In this document: piece after piece, positions 24,998-41,077 of the stretch | Layout of the letters: each line of letters starts with the position of its first letter | How positions within the stretch are numbered: the stretch's first letter is position 1 | Source: Vicugna vicugna | Lineage: Eukaryota | Direction: 5' to 3' | DNA: 64,000 bases | Assembly (NCBI GenBank): GCA_013265495.1 | Contig: MU058065.1 | Span: 3,015,003 to 3,079,002, forward strand | Translations under genes and position numbers: made by a program | Notes under the pieces: generated by a model | Databases searched by the model: none | What the model was told of the DNA's origin: nothing | The model's input: only the letters and a program-made list of their open reading frames with translations

Positions 24998-26882
24998 TTT
25001 CAAGCTTAATGTCAGGTTACAAATAGTTCATACCGTGTAACTCTGCTGCTGCTTTCTGATGTACACTCCTTCAGGCAGAAGCAGCAATAACCAAGACCAC
25101 TGAAAATGAACCCACAGTGAATAAGCAGTTTTAAGTGTAGAAAGGGTGCGTGACATCTCAGTGTGGGCCAGTATGCACACTGTTTAAAAGTGGATCTCCC
25201 CTAAAACATCACAGATGTACTTAATTGTCTTACAAAAGAACACGCACACAGATTTATTACGTTCTCGATTTGAACCACAGGGAATAACTGTTTAAAAACT
25301 ATAAGATCTTACGTATTTTGGAAGCAAAGTTATTCCAGGTTCATCTATTTTTAAACATTGCTGGAAAAACTGCAAGCTTCAAACTCATTACTTAAAAACA
25401 CAAGTAGTATTTAGAAAACAGGTAACACTTTTAGTTTTGCTCTGTTGTCAGTAAAAAAAAACATATTAATTAACTTAAACTAAGAAATGCCAGCAGGGGA
25501 GGTGGGCATATGGGGAGAGGGGAAGACGGGAGGTGGCCACCATCTACCTGATAAAAACTACTAGACTTACTGTTACAGGAGAGATTCAAGAATTCTTCAT
25601 ACAGCTTACTTCCAGAAAACAGTTCTTAGAAAAAACATTCTTAGAAATTAGTCTATTTTCACATGTATTAGAGTTAGCAATTTACTTTGAAATTCCTGAA
25701 AATACCCTTCCCCAAGTATCTTCTATTTAAACCAGTATTTTTCTCATAATAACATTGTAGTTGTTGGATGGCCTTTTTTTCCCCCCCAAATCAACCAACT
25801 CTTTGTTTTTGAAAGGATATTAAAAGATACTATATTTCAAGTCACTAAAGATGGTTTGGATTAGAAAGGCGTTCGAAAAGGGGATTCTACTTATTTCACA
25901 TTCTGCTGTGGCCTCTGACACCTGGCATCTGCTATTTTAGGACTGAAAAATGGGAAAAATGGGACTATATACAGATTAAACCATCCTTATTAGATATTTC
26001 TGAAAAGAAACAACTTTTATTGTGAATCAGTGGTAAGATATATTCATCTGCCTCTATTTCAAGTCACAATTACATTGATATCTCTCCTTTGAAGCATTGA
26101 ACTGTTTTTTCCTAAATACTTTTCAAAACATCATTTGAAAGCAAATAATTATTCTAAAGGTCAAGCATCAGAAACAAAATCTCTCACCCAAGCTGCCTTT
26201 AATTTAGATCACAATACTTTTAGGGAAATTCTATTTTAATTTTTCCTATTTTTACTTCTTCTTGGCAGTTCTTCCAAACTTTGTGAAAATTTAAACTACG
26301 GCAAGAAGAGCATTCAAAACACAATGCAAATGTATACAAGAATATAACAGAAGTTTCAAACAAAACACCATATTGCAATGTCTCCAAATATGATGTGTTC
26401 ATAATATGACCAAAAACTATAGGGTCCCAGGTCCTCCATACTCCCACTATCCTGAATAGATCTACGTTCATATCTTTTCATATATATTTTTTTGTTTCTT
26501 TTGCCTTTTGGTGCCTAAAAGTAATTGAGAATCAAGAAAATAACTAATATGACATGAAAAACATGGTATATATGATTTTTTATGTCCTAATCTGAACACA
26601 TCTTAACTGGTGCAATATTACTCTTAATAATAAACAACGGACAAGCAATACATATGAAACGACTATGTATAATACAATGTTTTTAGGATCACAATTTCCA
26701 CACTGACATTAAAAACCTGCAAAATTAAATGGTAACTCACCTCATCATAAATTCTCATGTATTGCAGTAAGAATGCTATTATCAGAAGCATTCTAGATTA
26801 TTTCACTTTTTAGTGTGGAAAGGTTATGGCAGAAAGGGTAAGGTGCTTTTTTTAACAAGCTATCAACAGACACTGACAGTGT

Positions 26883-26884
<2 letters not shown>

Positions 26885-26916
<32 letters not shown>
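26885..26916. repeat. (CA)16, read as (UG)16 in the ACSL3 3' UTR
   Basis: Directly visible. Confidence 0.95.
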
Positions 26917-26921
<5 letters not shown>

Positions 26922-27412
26922 CCAGTGCAACGTATCCAAGAAAAAGTACTAATTTTGAAATGAGATACATGATTAAACAGCTAGACTTTAAAAGTAGGAG
27001 TGGGATAGAATAATTTTTCATGATTAATGTGACATACAGACAACTCAATGTACATATACAGTCAGTGAAATGAAGAATAACTTTTCATCCTGATTTTTTT
27101 TTCTTCTATTTCTACCCTACCTTTTAGAATTGTTTCCAGTTCTAAAAGCTTAGGCATTTTGCTAATGCCCACAGCTAACTAGGAGACTCTGGATATTTCA
27201 ATGAGGAGCCACCAGATACCAACTACCCACTTCTGTTCCCTTGCTGTGTTTCCTCCATTACTATGAAACCATAACCCGCTATTGCTATTTTGTTTCATGC
27301 AGAACCAACCTAACTTCATTCCTTTTTCTAAGAAAACATAAATATATAAAGAAGACACTGTCAGGCATATGTTCACAAGGTCTCAATTTCTTAAAACATA
27401 AGTATGGGTATA

Positions 27413-27418
27413 TTTATT
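27413..27418 (-). terminator. proximal polyadenylation signal AATAAA
   Basis: TTTATT on the + strand ~550 nt after the stop codon; a GT/T-rich segment (tatgttttaag) follows on the minus strand. Confidence 0.55.
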
Positions 27419-27963
27419 TCTCTCAAATGCATACAAGACAATAATTACACAGCAACAAATCTTTTGTTCAAACAATGATTTGATTCATAAGCATTTGAAT
27501 GAAATTTACATAATTTCACATCCATACCCTTGCATTTTTAAATACTGTAAGTAAAAAAGCCCCCCAAATAATCAATTCTTGTATTTCCTATGTATCCCTC
27601 TATACATCCAAACTTTAAAAAGTTACAAACTGAACATTGTACAGAACATAGAAATCATGTTTAAAAACTTGAGGTTTTAAAATCACTGTTCCCCAATATG
27701 ATTCAGAAAAATCCTCATGCTGACAAGTGCAGTCCTAGGTGGTAAAGGAAAGTGGAGGAGGGGAAGAAAGAAGAGACAGACACATGTTTGCTGTCTTAAT
27801 ATTTTACTAATCCTGTCAGTTAAAAATGGCAATGTCATGAGAAGTTAACAGTTTAGGTTTAATATGAGGAATGGAGTCTGCCTCACAGTCTGAGACATGC
27901 ATTTCAAGTATTTTCCTATTTGATCTGAGCTCCCTGCAGCAACCTGATGCTGAAAGAGAATGA

Positions 27964-28188
<225 letters not shown>

Positions 28189-29329
28189 TTAAAATTCTTA
28201 GCAAATAATTTAACTTCCTCAGTCTTTGATTACCCATTAAACCAACCAACAGCTCATAAATCACACTTCTAAGCAATCTATCCCTCAGAAATAATAGAAG
28301 TAAAAAAAAATAGATATGTATGAGAATTATAATAGCAAAAACTGTTTAAAAAATCTACATGTCCATCAACAGAATGAGTTGGATAAATTATGATATAGGC
28401 ATAAATGTACAATTCAGTCATTTAAAATAAGATCCATTTGCTATAGATATCTAATAATATTTGCAATAATACACTGTTAGGTTTAAAAAGACGATCTTTT
28501 TAAAATACTAGATAAACCTATATGCAACTAGATACGGAGGCCAAGGATGCATACCAAACTAAACCAGGTCCTTCGAGGGGCTAGGATCCAGGATTAGGGA
28601 AAAGGAACCATCACTTTTTATGTCTGTTCATTTTCTTTGAAATTATTATTTAAAAAATCACTTTAGAAACTAAAAAACAATATTATGTTGAAAGAGAATC
28701 TTGTCACTGAACCAGGATATTCACTGTAAGGTAAGAGGGCAGAATGTCTGCTCACTACGTGTTCCTAACACAGATCTGATACCCAGTAGATTCTCAGCGG
28801 TGGAGGGATGAAGAAGGGGGTAGAGATGCAGTCTGAAGAAACATCTTCTTAGTAAGGAAAGTAAACATCTCCTTGCTTCATTTTTCCAGCACTCACTTAA
28901 CACATATTTACTGGAAAAAATTACTGTGTAAATGCTTTGCTAAACATTCTTTAAAAATATAAAAATGAATAGTTTCTGCTTCCAAGTGACAGACAATAGG
29001 GAAACAAGTAAACACCTCACCATAATAATGTATATACTTTAAAAGTACTAAATTAAAGGAACAAAAGTGATGTAATAAATCAAGCCCATAAAAATGAACA
29101 GCGATAACAAACACGGTTTTATACTCTTGAAAGATTAAAAATATTTCAGGAGTGGTTTCCAAGAGGAAAAACCACTTTGAGAAATGGCAGCAAGGCAGGG
29201 ACCACAGGACTTAAAGGACAGGAGTCTGACCTACCGAGATGTGGGGCAGACTCACAAGCGAGCACTGATGACCACGTTCAGCTTTTAAGTGCTCAGCACT
29301 GCACCCTATAACTCGACTCAAAATTATGT

Positions 29330-30137
29330 TAGGTGTGTGGTGATGTTGTCTAGACCAGGTTTTAGAAAAATAAACACAGCTACAACCACATGATCAGCTG
29401 GAGAAACGGAGGCTGTAATAACTGAGTTTTTCTTCCTTATTTGGTTGTGAATATGTTTGTATATGTTAAGCAAATACTTGTTTTCTTACCTCTTATTCTC
29501 TTACCGTAATGTATATTAATGAGTTAACTTTTTAACATACTATTTAAGTTACATACAGGACACCAAAGGAGAAGAGTAAAAATCACTCAAGGGGGTTGCA
29601 TCCTCTTCTGGGGAAAATACTGTATTTTCATTTGTACACAGGACAGTTGTATAATATTAGATGATAGTCTGACTTTGCTAATGTCTTTACTCGGAAATTA
29701 ACTATGGTTCAAGAAAATGTGTATGGGTGCCAAGCGGACAATGGACGGAGTGTGATGGTCAGTTTTATGTGTCATCTGGGCAACTCTAGAGTTCCCAGTT
29801 ATTCAACTAAACAAGTGTTTTGCAGATTTGATTAAGTCAGCTGAAAGGCCTTGAGAGCAGAGCTTATCCCCAAATAAGACACAATCCTGCCTGTGGACAG
29901 GACCTTCGACTTGTGCCTAGATTTCCACGCCACCTTTCAACAGTCTGCCCTACAGGTTTCCAACTCTGTCTAGCCAGCCCCTAATGATCATAAAAACCAA
30001 TTCCTTATAGTAAGTTTCTCAATATATTTAACCTACTAAATATATATATAATATATATATATGTGTGTGTGTATGTGTGTGTATATATATATATATATAT
30101 AACCTACTGATTCTGTTTCTCTGTGTAAACCTAATAT
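29330..30137 (+). mobile_element. ERVL internal 3' remnant plus MLT2-type LTR (~29752-30137)
   Basis: gtgtatgggtgccaag...gga junction followed by tgtgatggtcagttttatgtgtca...; the LTR end reads cctactgattctgtttctctg...cctaatata, with the typical (TA)/(TG) tract. Confidence 0.75.
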
Positions 30138-30149
30138 AAATTTTGCTTA

Positions 30150-31320
30150 AAAATGAAGTTGGATCTCTTCCTCACATCATTTATAAAAATTAAGTCAAAA
30201 TGCATTAAGGACCTAAATGTAAGACATAAAACTCTTAGAAGAAAACATTGGGCTTTCTTTGTGACCTGGATTAGGCAATGGTGACACTAAAAGCACAAAC
30301 AATGAAAGAAAAAAAGAAGAAACTGTATCTTATAAAAATTAAAACTGATGTGCTTCACAGGATACCATGAAGAAAATATTTACAAATCACATAATATGAT
30401 TACGGACTTGTATCTAGAATATATAAAGAACTCATACAACTCAATAACAAAAAGATAATTTCACTTTAAAAAATGGGCAAAAAAAAAAAAAAAGGCAAAG
30501 AATCTAAACAGCCATTTCTCCAGAGAAAATACACAATGGCCAATAAGTACATGAAAATATGCTTGGCATCACTAGCCACCAGGGAGACACAAATCAAAGC
30601 CACAGTGAGACATCATTCCACGCCCACCAGGATGACTAGAATCAAAAGGATGAACAGTCACAAGTATTGGCGAGGATGTGGGGAAACTGGAACCCTCATA
30701 CAACATTCGTGGGAATGTAAAATGCCACCATCTAAAAAATAGTCTGGAAAATAGCCTGGTAGTTCCTCAAAAGGTTCAACACAAAGGTAGCACAGGCCCA
30801 GCAATTCTACTCCGAGGCATCTACCCACAAGAAGTAAGTATGTCCACACAAAAGCTTGCACACAAATGTCCACAGCAGCATTATTCACTAATAGCCGAAA
30901 GTGGAAACAACCCAGGTGCCCCTCAATTGATGAACAGACAACGTATTATTTGGCACTGAACGGGAATGAAGTGTTGATGCACGCTGCAAGGAAACAAGGA
31001 TTAACACAGATGAACATTACATACTAAGTGAAAGAAACCAGTCACAAAAACCCATGTATTACATGGTTCTACTTAAACAAAATCTTCAGAATAGGCAAAT
31101 CTATATAAAGTAGCTTACTGGTTCCCAAAGACTAGGAGGTTTTAGATGTGATGGGGAGTGACTGCTAATGCACACACAGTATTTCCTTTTGGGGTGATAA
31201 CAAATTCTAAAACTGACTGTGATTATAGTTGTATAATTCTGTGAACACACTAAAAACTATTTAATTATACATAAAATGAGTGAGTTGTTTGGCATTTGAT
31301 ATCTCAAAGCTGTTAAAATA
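30150..31320 (+). mobile_element. old L1 (L1MB-like) ORF2 end and 3' UTR
   Basis: ORF track fragments resemble the L1 ORF2 C-terminus (KICLASLATRETQIKATVRHHSTPTRM, GCGETGTL). Confidence 0.85.
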
Positions 31321-32108
31321 TACATAAAATTTTAAAATAAACTAAAAAAGTATATAAATTTTAAATAATGTTTAATTATTGTTTCAGTGTTCCACCTTAC
31401 TCAGAAAGTATATGGGTTTGTAATATAATATCCATTAATTAATTCAATTTAGCATCAGCCCAAAGTTTTTAAATTACCTAAAAAAGTTGGAAACTATCTT
31501 CAAGCTGACATACAACAAAACATAATTACTGTTGAAATAAAGGGTCAGAATGATTTCACCTGATTAAATGCAATTTACATTTTTCATAATCTTGAATAAC
31601 ATTTCTAAGAATAAAAATGCGCACTTGTACTATACTTTATGCTGACGACTCAGAAGGTAGAGCTGTTTTTTTGAAACCGCCAACATTGAACTAGTCAACC
31701 TATACTCACCCCACCCCCCCCAACACACACACAAGAAGGGTGCAGAGGATCTGTGAGCATAATCGACCAGCAGCACACGAACAGTGCAGAAGAGCCTCAG
31801 ATGGCTCACTGTGGGCTGGGGTGTCCAGGAAGCCGAGCAGGGCCCTGGGAACAGCCAAGGTGAGTGGAGAAAACAGAAGCCGCCAAGAACATCCTGATAC
31901 ATGTACATCGGTGGTGGGAGTGCATGATTTGTGTGTCCCTACAGGGGCTTGAATGGGGGACTGATAAATATGTTCTTCTCCCTACTAATGGTAGGAAAAT
32001 ACGATGGGTTTCTGAGCAGGAAATGTAACCTAAGCCTTTGTAATGTAACAGGATAAATAAATTTAAGTACTCTTGCCAGCTCAGTTCTTGGAATCAGCTG
32101 AACACTTA

Positions 32109-32321
<213 letters not shown>

Positions 32322-33653
32322 TTAACTGTGGTTACTGACCTCACTGACGTTTTAGTAATCAACTGTCTACTGAGGTGCTGACACACATATTTCATGCAAC
32401 AGCCACTTTTACTGTATGATTTATAACGCGTTCCAAAGCTCTGGCAGAATTCATTGCTAAATAAACCTTAATCTGTTTCATGGTAAGTTTCAATTATGCA
32501 TAACTATTATGAATAATGTTTTTAAAAGAAAACTAGAAATATTAAAAGATTCACCTTTTAAAAACCACTAATTCACATCAATAGATTAAACAAAAATAAA
32601 AGCTAATGTAAATAAGAAACTGTTTCTTAAAAAACTGGCAACAAATCAAAACAATATGAATATGTTTTTTTCTTTTGTTCTCTTAAGAATTGGTGCTGAC
32701 AGAGGAACTCTGAGTATGCCCCCTGGGGGAAGCAACCTGAAGAAATGGCAGCAGCATCAGGAGGAGATGGTTCTGGTTAATATCACACAAGAAAACCCAG
32801 AACTGTAGCATCACTAAAGAAAATACTTCATGACTAATAAAGGGCAGAATCATTTATAAATTAATGTAATAAATCTTCAGCGTGGGCTACACCTCAAAGT
32901 CTATTTCTAAATAGGTTCTTCTAATATGAGGTTTTATTTTTTCATAGTAAGTAATGGGTCATAAGCATCTTCTCACAATGAGTAGGCTGGCCACAAAATG
33001 TATCTAACTGTTACCCCGGAGAGTAACTGCCACATGGAATTCCCTTATGGAAAATGCGATCAGAGCGCCAAGCCGAAATTCCAAGAATGGACTTCTGGGA
33101 CTTTAACTTTAAACTCTCCTTCCCAGCTGCCTCCGTATCATCATGGGCTAGAGATGCTGTATGTTATGCCACAGCTTAGCATAGCTTGGGGCGCGGGGGA
33201 TGGAAGCCCACAGGCCTGCTTAGGGTCCCCAGCAGGCTCCAGTTTATAAGAGGATAGTCAGAAGGCAGCAGAGCACTGCTCGCTGACCCCACTTCCTTCT
33301 TTACTCCCCTGTCCACTGGACTGACTGTGGGAAACTTCCCTGCGCAGAGGGATAGGGAACTAGGGGGTACCAAGGCAGCAGGAAGGAGGATTTTATTTTC
33401 TTCATCTCCCTAGCACACAGAACACTGCAGTGAGATGTGAAACAGAAAACAGGGACAGGGGTAGACCGGGAGACTAAAGCACCACAAGGAAAGAAGCAGC
33501 TAACGGCTGTACTAAGAGGCTGTTCCCCGAGACAATGGATAAGAAGGAAGAGTTCTTGGTATAATTTTACAAAGAAGGCCCTTATAATAGACAGGAAATG
33601 CCAACAGCACACCAAATGTTTTAAGTAAAAGTAGCATGAATTCTACTTTCTTA

Positions 33654-33887
<234 letters not shown>

Positions 33888-35082
33888 TTACGCTAAAATT
33901 AAAAATACATAATAAAATTAGACCCTAATTTTTGTACTACCAAATATATTCTTAAAAAAATAAGCTTCTAATTAAGGGCGCCCATCATCAGGGCTTCAGG
34001 TATGTTCTGCTGAACAGACTGTGTTCCTGGTATACATTCATGCCAGAAAGATTAAGAATACACTCAATGCCATCTGAAAGCACACATTCTATCTAGAGAG
34101 AACCAAGACAAAAAATCATTACTTCAACACAATACAGCAGTGCTAAGTGATAAGACTCTCCAACCTGCCGATTTTGATAGAATTCCCACAAGAGGGGCCT
34201 CAGCTGAGTCTTGAGGGAAGGCTGAGCAGTAGCCAAGTGGAACAACACTGGCAAAAAACAGAGACGTCCCAGCCTGAATTTGTGCAGCATCAAGGAGGAG
34301 GAAGCAATGGAGATGGAGGCAGAGAGGTGAATAGGGCCACCTAACAGAGGCCCCCTGAACCGAGCCACTGGGACCACCAAAAGGTTTTCAGCAGGAAAGC
34401 AGCCCAGTGAGATGGGGGTTAAAAATCACACGGTGGCAGTGAGAGGGTGCATTCAGCGAGGGTTAACAGAAAGGAATTTCTTGCAGTCGGGTGACAGAAG
34501 GTGCAGGCCTGACCTGGGATCACAGAAAGAGGGGCAGGCAGAGGAGAGAATGACCTTGACGCGTATTTCCGGAGGTAAAGCAGTGGGATATGGGTTAGAC
34601 GTGGGGGCTGACTGCAGAGACTCTCATCTCCTGCCGGCGCCCAGACAGCATGACCGGGACAGACATGCCGAGAAACAGAGCCGAAGAAGAGAAGCAGAGT
34701 AAAGTATTTTCACTCCACAGATCCCCGAACTGAGCTGCCAGGCCCTCCTCAGTTCTCACACGCAAGGGAAGAACATGGCTCCGACAGGAGAGAGCCCTGT
34801 CCAAGAACCTTTAGATACCAAAGTATTCACAGAAACAAATACTCCCTACTTAGAACTGAACTCTTTAAGGATTATCTAATAGTAATTAAAAATATCACTG
34901 CTGTTGAACAGACCTGAAGACCTCAGAATACGTCAGGCCTTATAAATTCTGCATGGTCCCTATTGTACATTTTTTTATTCTGGGGACAATGCAACAGAAA
35001 CCATCCCACTATTACATAAAAATAAATTCTTACATTATTAAACAGCTTCTTTTGTAAAGCTATTTCAGAAACATCCACTTTA

Positions 35083-35316
<234 letters not shown>

Positions 35317-36134
35317 TTAGAGTTAATTTAACTCTTTCATCCCTATATGCGTCATGTGAAAATTTGAAATTATTACTTTCTAAACAGGGACATCCAACTT
35401 TGACCCAATTAGAGTTTCCCAAAGGTAATAAGGCAGACACTATGAACAAAACTCATCAACATAAATTTACAACTAAAACTAGCTGCAAATTTCCAGCTGC
35501 TTAACCGTAAGCACTTATGCTTTCAAACTACTATTCAAAGAAAAAAATTGAATTCAAAAATCCAATATCTGTTGTATAAAATAATTACATACATATACTA
35601 CACAGGTTAATTCCTTTAAGGATTCTTAAATATCAAACCAATTAACTGATAAACAAAATTTTAAAAAAGCAATCAGTATTTAAGTGGCATGAACAACACA
35701 TTTTTATGGAATAATACTGAAAATTTCCTTCTGATAATTTTGGGTTGAAGCCCTCAAAAAAAGAAAGAAAAAAAAAAAAGGTGTAAACATCTTCAAGTTT
35801 CACAGAATAAATTTTATGATTTTGCTTCTACAAAATAGTTATGATGATTTGCAATTTATGGGCATTATTCATTTAGGACATTTCTCAAGTTTTTCCCATA
35901 ATTCTTACTTGCATTTTATGTAATAAAGTAAGCAAAATTAAAACAATTATAATTCTTCAAAATCATCTTTGAAACAAGCAAAATAAATCATTCATATAGC
36001 TCTAGATAAAATATTTCTATTATAAAGGACAAAAGTGAGCACTTGTGGGTGATTTTATATTCCAAAATAAGGAATGAAGTAAAGCACAATTCTAATTTTA
36101 AAGTTTAATATTAAACAAATTAATGTTGTGGTTA

Positions 36135-36287
<153 letters not shown>

Positions 36288-37825
36288 TTACAATATAAAT
36301 AAATAAATAAAAATGATGATTTATCCCAAAGCTTAGGTATCCCCAGGGAATTCTGAAAAGCGGAAGTCACACATCGGTGAACTGAGGGGTTTGGGTATTT
36401 TTTTTTTAAATCTGAGTTGGCTATGGATGTATAAAACTCAAGACATTTTTATAAAAAGGCATGAATCTCCAGAACAACGGGCCCACATTTTTCCAGCACA
36501 GAACAACTGTTACCCCCAACAGATGGGGCAGGCCTGCTCCAGTTTCCCCAGATTCCTTACCCATCACATTTTCTTATAACAGGGCCCACTTCACTCACTT
36601 AAGGAGATGCCTGGTTCATGAGTTTTTATTCTCTTCCAACACAATGCAGCACAATGGTTTACACCTGTCCTACCTTCTTATTTGACTTAACAGCTCTGCA
36701 GTACAGTAACCTCTCCATCCTTCTCCCGTGGATCACTATTTCGAAGTGAGACCTCTGACACGTCCCTCCCATCCACTCATGCTATCGCACCCTATTTGAA
36801 TTCATACAGTCAGACTTCAGACACCAGGCTGGAGACTAAGACTGTTAACTTCCAAGCTCTGGGAAAGGAACCTACCACTATTAAGAATTACTACTGCATT
36901 GTTTCCTCTTCAAAGATCATTCAAGTATCAGAACGAAAAGGCTGATACTTAATATTTTACAGACTATTTATAACATAAACTATAACTAATCAATCACACA
37001 TCCAGTGGAATCCTTAAAATAGGAAGAAGTTAAGGCTCCTCAGGAACCATATATGCATGTATTTAAGATTGTTTATTTCCTGCCAAACAAGACTGACGAG
37101 TAGCTTCCAAGAATATACAAAATATAAAGAACATGATGGAAAACAGGAAAATACAGAAGTAATGCGGGATAAACCTGGCATAAGGACAGTACACAAAATC
37201 ACTCAAGGTAAGCCGGGGAAACTGCAAAGTTAAGAGGTTAGTATCTACAGGCATCGAGAAAATACAAATTAGAAGCATAGATTTTTCTAATACTGGAAAA
37301 CAGAGTAACTTTCTTCCATAAAAGGGCACATGAGGCACTAGGGGATTCAATCTGGGAACCAGTTGGGTAATGGGTCATCCCCTCAACCACATCACCACGA
37401 AAAACTCTGGAAATTACATTCTCTAGACCTAAATCTAAATTTTCTCTACATTTAACAGAGGCCCTCCTCCTCAATAAAATTTCTGAATTTGAGTCTTACT
37501 AAACATACCTAAACAACTAGACAAAACACATTAATCTTTCTACATAAAAAGAAACTTCTTAAGAAATAAGATAAGAAGAATAAATGCATACAGTACAGCC
37601 AGCGCTTGTTACTGAAACCTCTAGAATGCTAAGTAGTTTTTAATACATTATCATAAGTTTAATAATTCCTCTGGAGGAATTATTGATAATTAGATGTACC
37701 TATTACATTCTAAAACCTGATATATCACTCGTCTCCTATATATTTGCAAAGAACAATCCATACCAAAAAATGCCCGGAGTTGCACCCTAGCCTCTGTTGG
37801 ACACACCGCTTTGTGGACAGCACTA

Positions 37826-38017
<192 letters not shown>

Positions 38018-38221
38018 TCAATCAAATAATCATAGAATTTTAAAACTGAATTATTTAGACTAGTCTCCCAATTTCGATAAACAGAAAATATAAGCACACT
38101 ATTAATAGTTTTTAGTGCAATCCTTTTGACTTTTTAGAGTAATTTTTTTCTTATAACATCTCAATTAATTGTGAACAACACGATCAAATTACCAAGGAGA
38201 GGGAGAGCCCTTCTGTACTCA

Positions 38222-38434
<213 letters not shown>

Positions 38435-39585
38435 TTACTATTTCCATCAATAGAAGCATTTTAAAAGATACTCTCTATCAAGAATAAACTTTCAAAATGG
38501 AACCACAAAAAAAATTAAATAAAATAAAGTAAAGCCACAATTAGTTTAAAAATGAGATTTCAGTAAAAGTAATTTTCCATAGGTGCTCATGAGCAATGGA
38601 AAAAGAGGGAGAATATAAGAACATTAGGGCAATAATATGCCATTACTGATTCTTTATACTGCTTTACCTTATTTATTCTGAACTGAAAACCTACACTCAA
38701 TAAATGAACAACTATATGAAGTAACTTTAAAATTTTCATAATTTTGTAAGGACAGAGAGTACCACATTCTTTGCTCATAAAAAGACCATGAGGTTATTTT
38801 AGTCGCTTGTTTGATTTTTAATGCTGCACCCAGGAAAATGTTCCTTGTCTGCACTACATTTTACTTCCAAGGCCTGTTGCCATGACGTATACTTTAACGA
38901 CCTGAAACACAAAGATGATACTACTAAGGAAATTACCTGCCTACTGAAACTACTGGTCGTATATTTGACTTCAGAGTAACTATGTAATTTTGCTTGGATG
39001 TGAACACTTAGGTATCTAATAACAATTCATAATACTTTCAAGCAAAATCAGAAAGCCACGTAAAATTTACATTAAAGAGACAGGAAATTGTTGCTGTCCC
39101 ATTTCTACTGATCTTATTTCCAAGACCGTCCCTATGCCTGGTATTACTAAGATGTATGGTGCTTCTTGAGTAATTCAAAGTTGCAGCAACATCTCTGTCA
39201 CTTTTTTTTGGTGTCTGGCCAGACTTTCCCTAAGAACTTGGGCAGTGATTATCTGGTTTGTTTAGGAGGAAAGGATCTCAAACCTTCCCTCCAACCTCCT
39301 GCTGGGCTTCAGGTTTCTATTAAAAGCAAACAGATAATCACAAAAATGATCTGAGCAAGAAGCTAAAGGAAAAGAGCTGATAATATCACATAGAAGCTAA
39401 AACTAAGTTGAGATTTTAATAAAAAAGAAGCTAAAACGAAACAATAAATCCTGCAGAGCTCAAAGCAATAATCAACAAGGAAAAAATCCTACATAAAATA
39501 CCTTGTCAGCAATACCTTTTCCACTAGCATTTATGTTGTATAAGTGCTTTCTAGCACTCAATGTTGATTAATGGTCAATTCTTAC

Positions 39586-39657
39586 CGGGACAGCTGCCAT
39601 CAGTGTTGGTTTCAACATGGATGTATCCCCTTTGCTTCCTTTTTTTATTTTTGAAGA
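39586..39657 (-). CDS. ACSL3: ACSL3 coding exon 7 (72 nt)
   Basis: ctctatag|TCTTCA...GTCCCG|gtaaga; SSKIKKGSKGDTSMLKPTLMAAVP. Confidence 0.97.
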
Positions 39658-39895
39658 CTATAGAGAGAAAAAGTGATCTATATAAAGTGATCCTTATTTT
39701 AAAAATTCAATAAAACTCAAATCAAAAAAGCACATTATAAATTCATCATTTTAATTCATTTATATTCTAAATGGCACTTAAAAGGCAAGTGCCTTTAGAA
39801 TGATTAACTGTCATCCTTACAATATATTGTCATACTGACTGAAAAATTTGTTAAAGATAATTATCATTTTTTAGTAACCCAAGTTACAGGCACTA

Positions 39896-40057
<162 letters not shown>

Positions 40058-40789
40058 TCAGGTGCTGTTTCTGCTGAAAGTGACTGTAGGGGGAGCAGGT
40101 TCTAATAGGCACACGAAGGACTCTCAATCGGGGGGGGGGGGAGTGTGTCTGTCTGTGTCTGTGTGTGTGTGTGTATTTTACAGAAGAGATTCTTGTTCTG
40201 AGAGTTAATTATACCTTATGTAATAAAATGTACATGTATGCATGTGCATATATTTTAAGAACTGCTCCCACTCCCATAGCATGAAGGGCAACTGAGACAA
40301 ACCCAGAAGAAACCAGTTGCTCTGAATTTTTTCTGAAAGTTATAAATTTCTCTCTCCATCCCCAAATTCAGTTCCACAGTAACATGTATATAATTTCCGC
40401 GCATAAGGGCAACAAAAATATCTAACCACTGCACCAGATCAGTCATCAGAATACTGATTCCGTCTCTGGGAATGCTCTCTTTACCATTCCTAAAACTCCC
40501 ATCTGGTCTCCTCCATCGGCTTCTTTCCCACTCCTGTATACCCACACTCCCCTGTTACTGCTGGAATGTCTCTTAAAAAGGAAAACCAGAGACTGAATAA
40601 AGAAGCCCAATAAATACTTACTGGGCAAATTATTTGTTCACTTGAATCATAACATTAAGGTATAAAAAATGACTATAGAGGCAATAACACCAGCTGATTA
40701 AAACACTTAAAGTCATTTAAAATTTGCACTTTTGAAGTAACAATGATATCCATAAACTGTAATTTAAATTTCACAACTGTAATTGTCTT

Positions 40790-41077
40790 TTTTTTTAACA
40801 TTTTTATTGATTCATAATCATTTTACAGTGTTGTGTCAAATTCCAGTGTTCAGTGTTCAGTACAATTTTTCAGTCATACATGGGCATATACACTCATTGT
40901 CACATTTTTTTCTCTGTGATTTATCATAACATTTTGTGTATATTTCCCTGTGCTATACAGTGTAATCTTGTTTATCTGTTCTACAATTTTGAAATCCCAG
41001 TCTATCCCTTCCCACCCTCTACCCCGCCCCCCACCCCAGTAACCACAAGTCTGTATTCTCTGTCCATGAGTCCATTT
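40790..41077 (-). mobile_element. young 5'-truncated L1 3' end, sense to ACSL3
   Basis: Perfect 17-bp TSD ACAACTGTAATTGTCTT (40773-40789 / 41078-41094), poly(T) tail and TTTATT on the + strand. Confidence 0.9.

Larger units (their letters stand above)
24950..27963 (-). other. ACSL3: ACSL3 3' UTR (longest plausible extent)
   Basis: AT-rich stretch with no recognisable transposon directly after the stop codon, ending at AATAAA (24997-24992), ATTAAA (24970-24965) and a downstream U/GU-rich element. The exact end is inferred. Confidence 0.6.
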
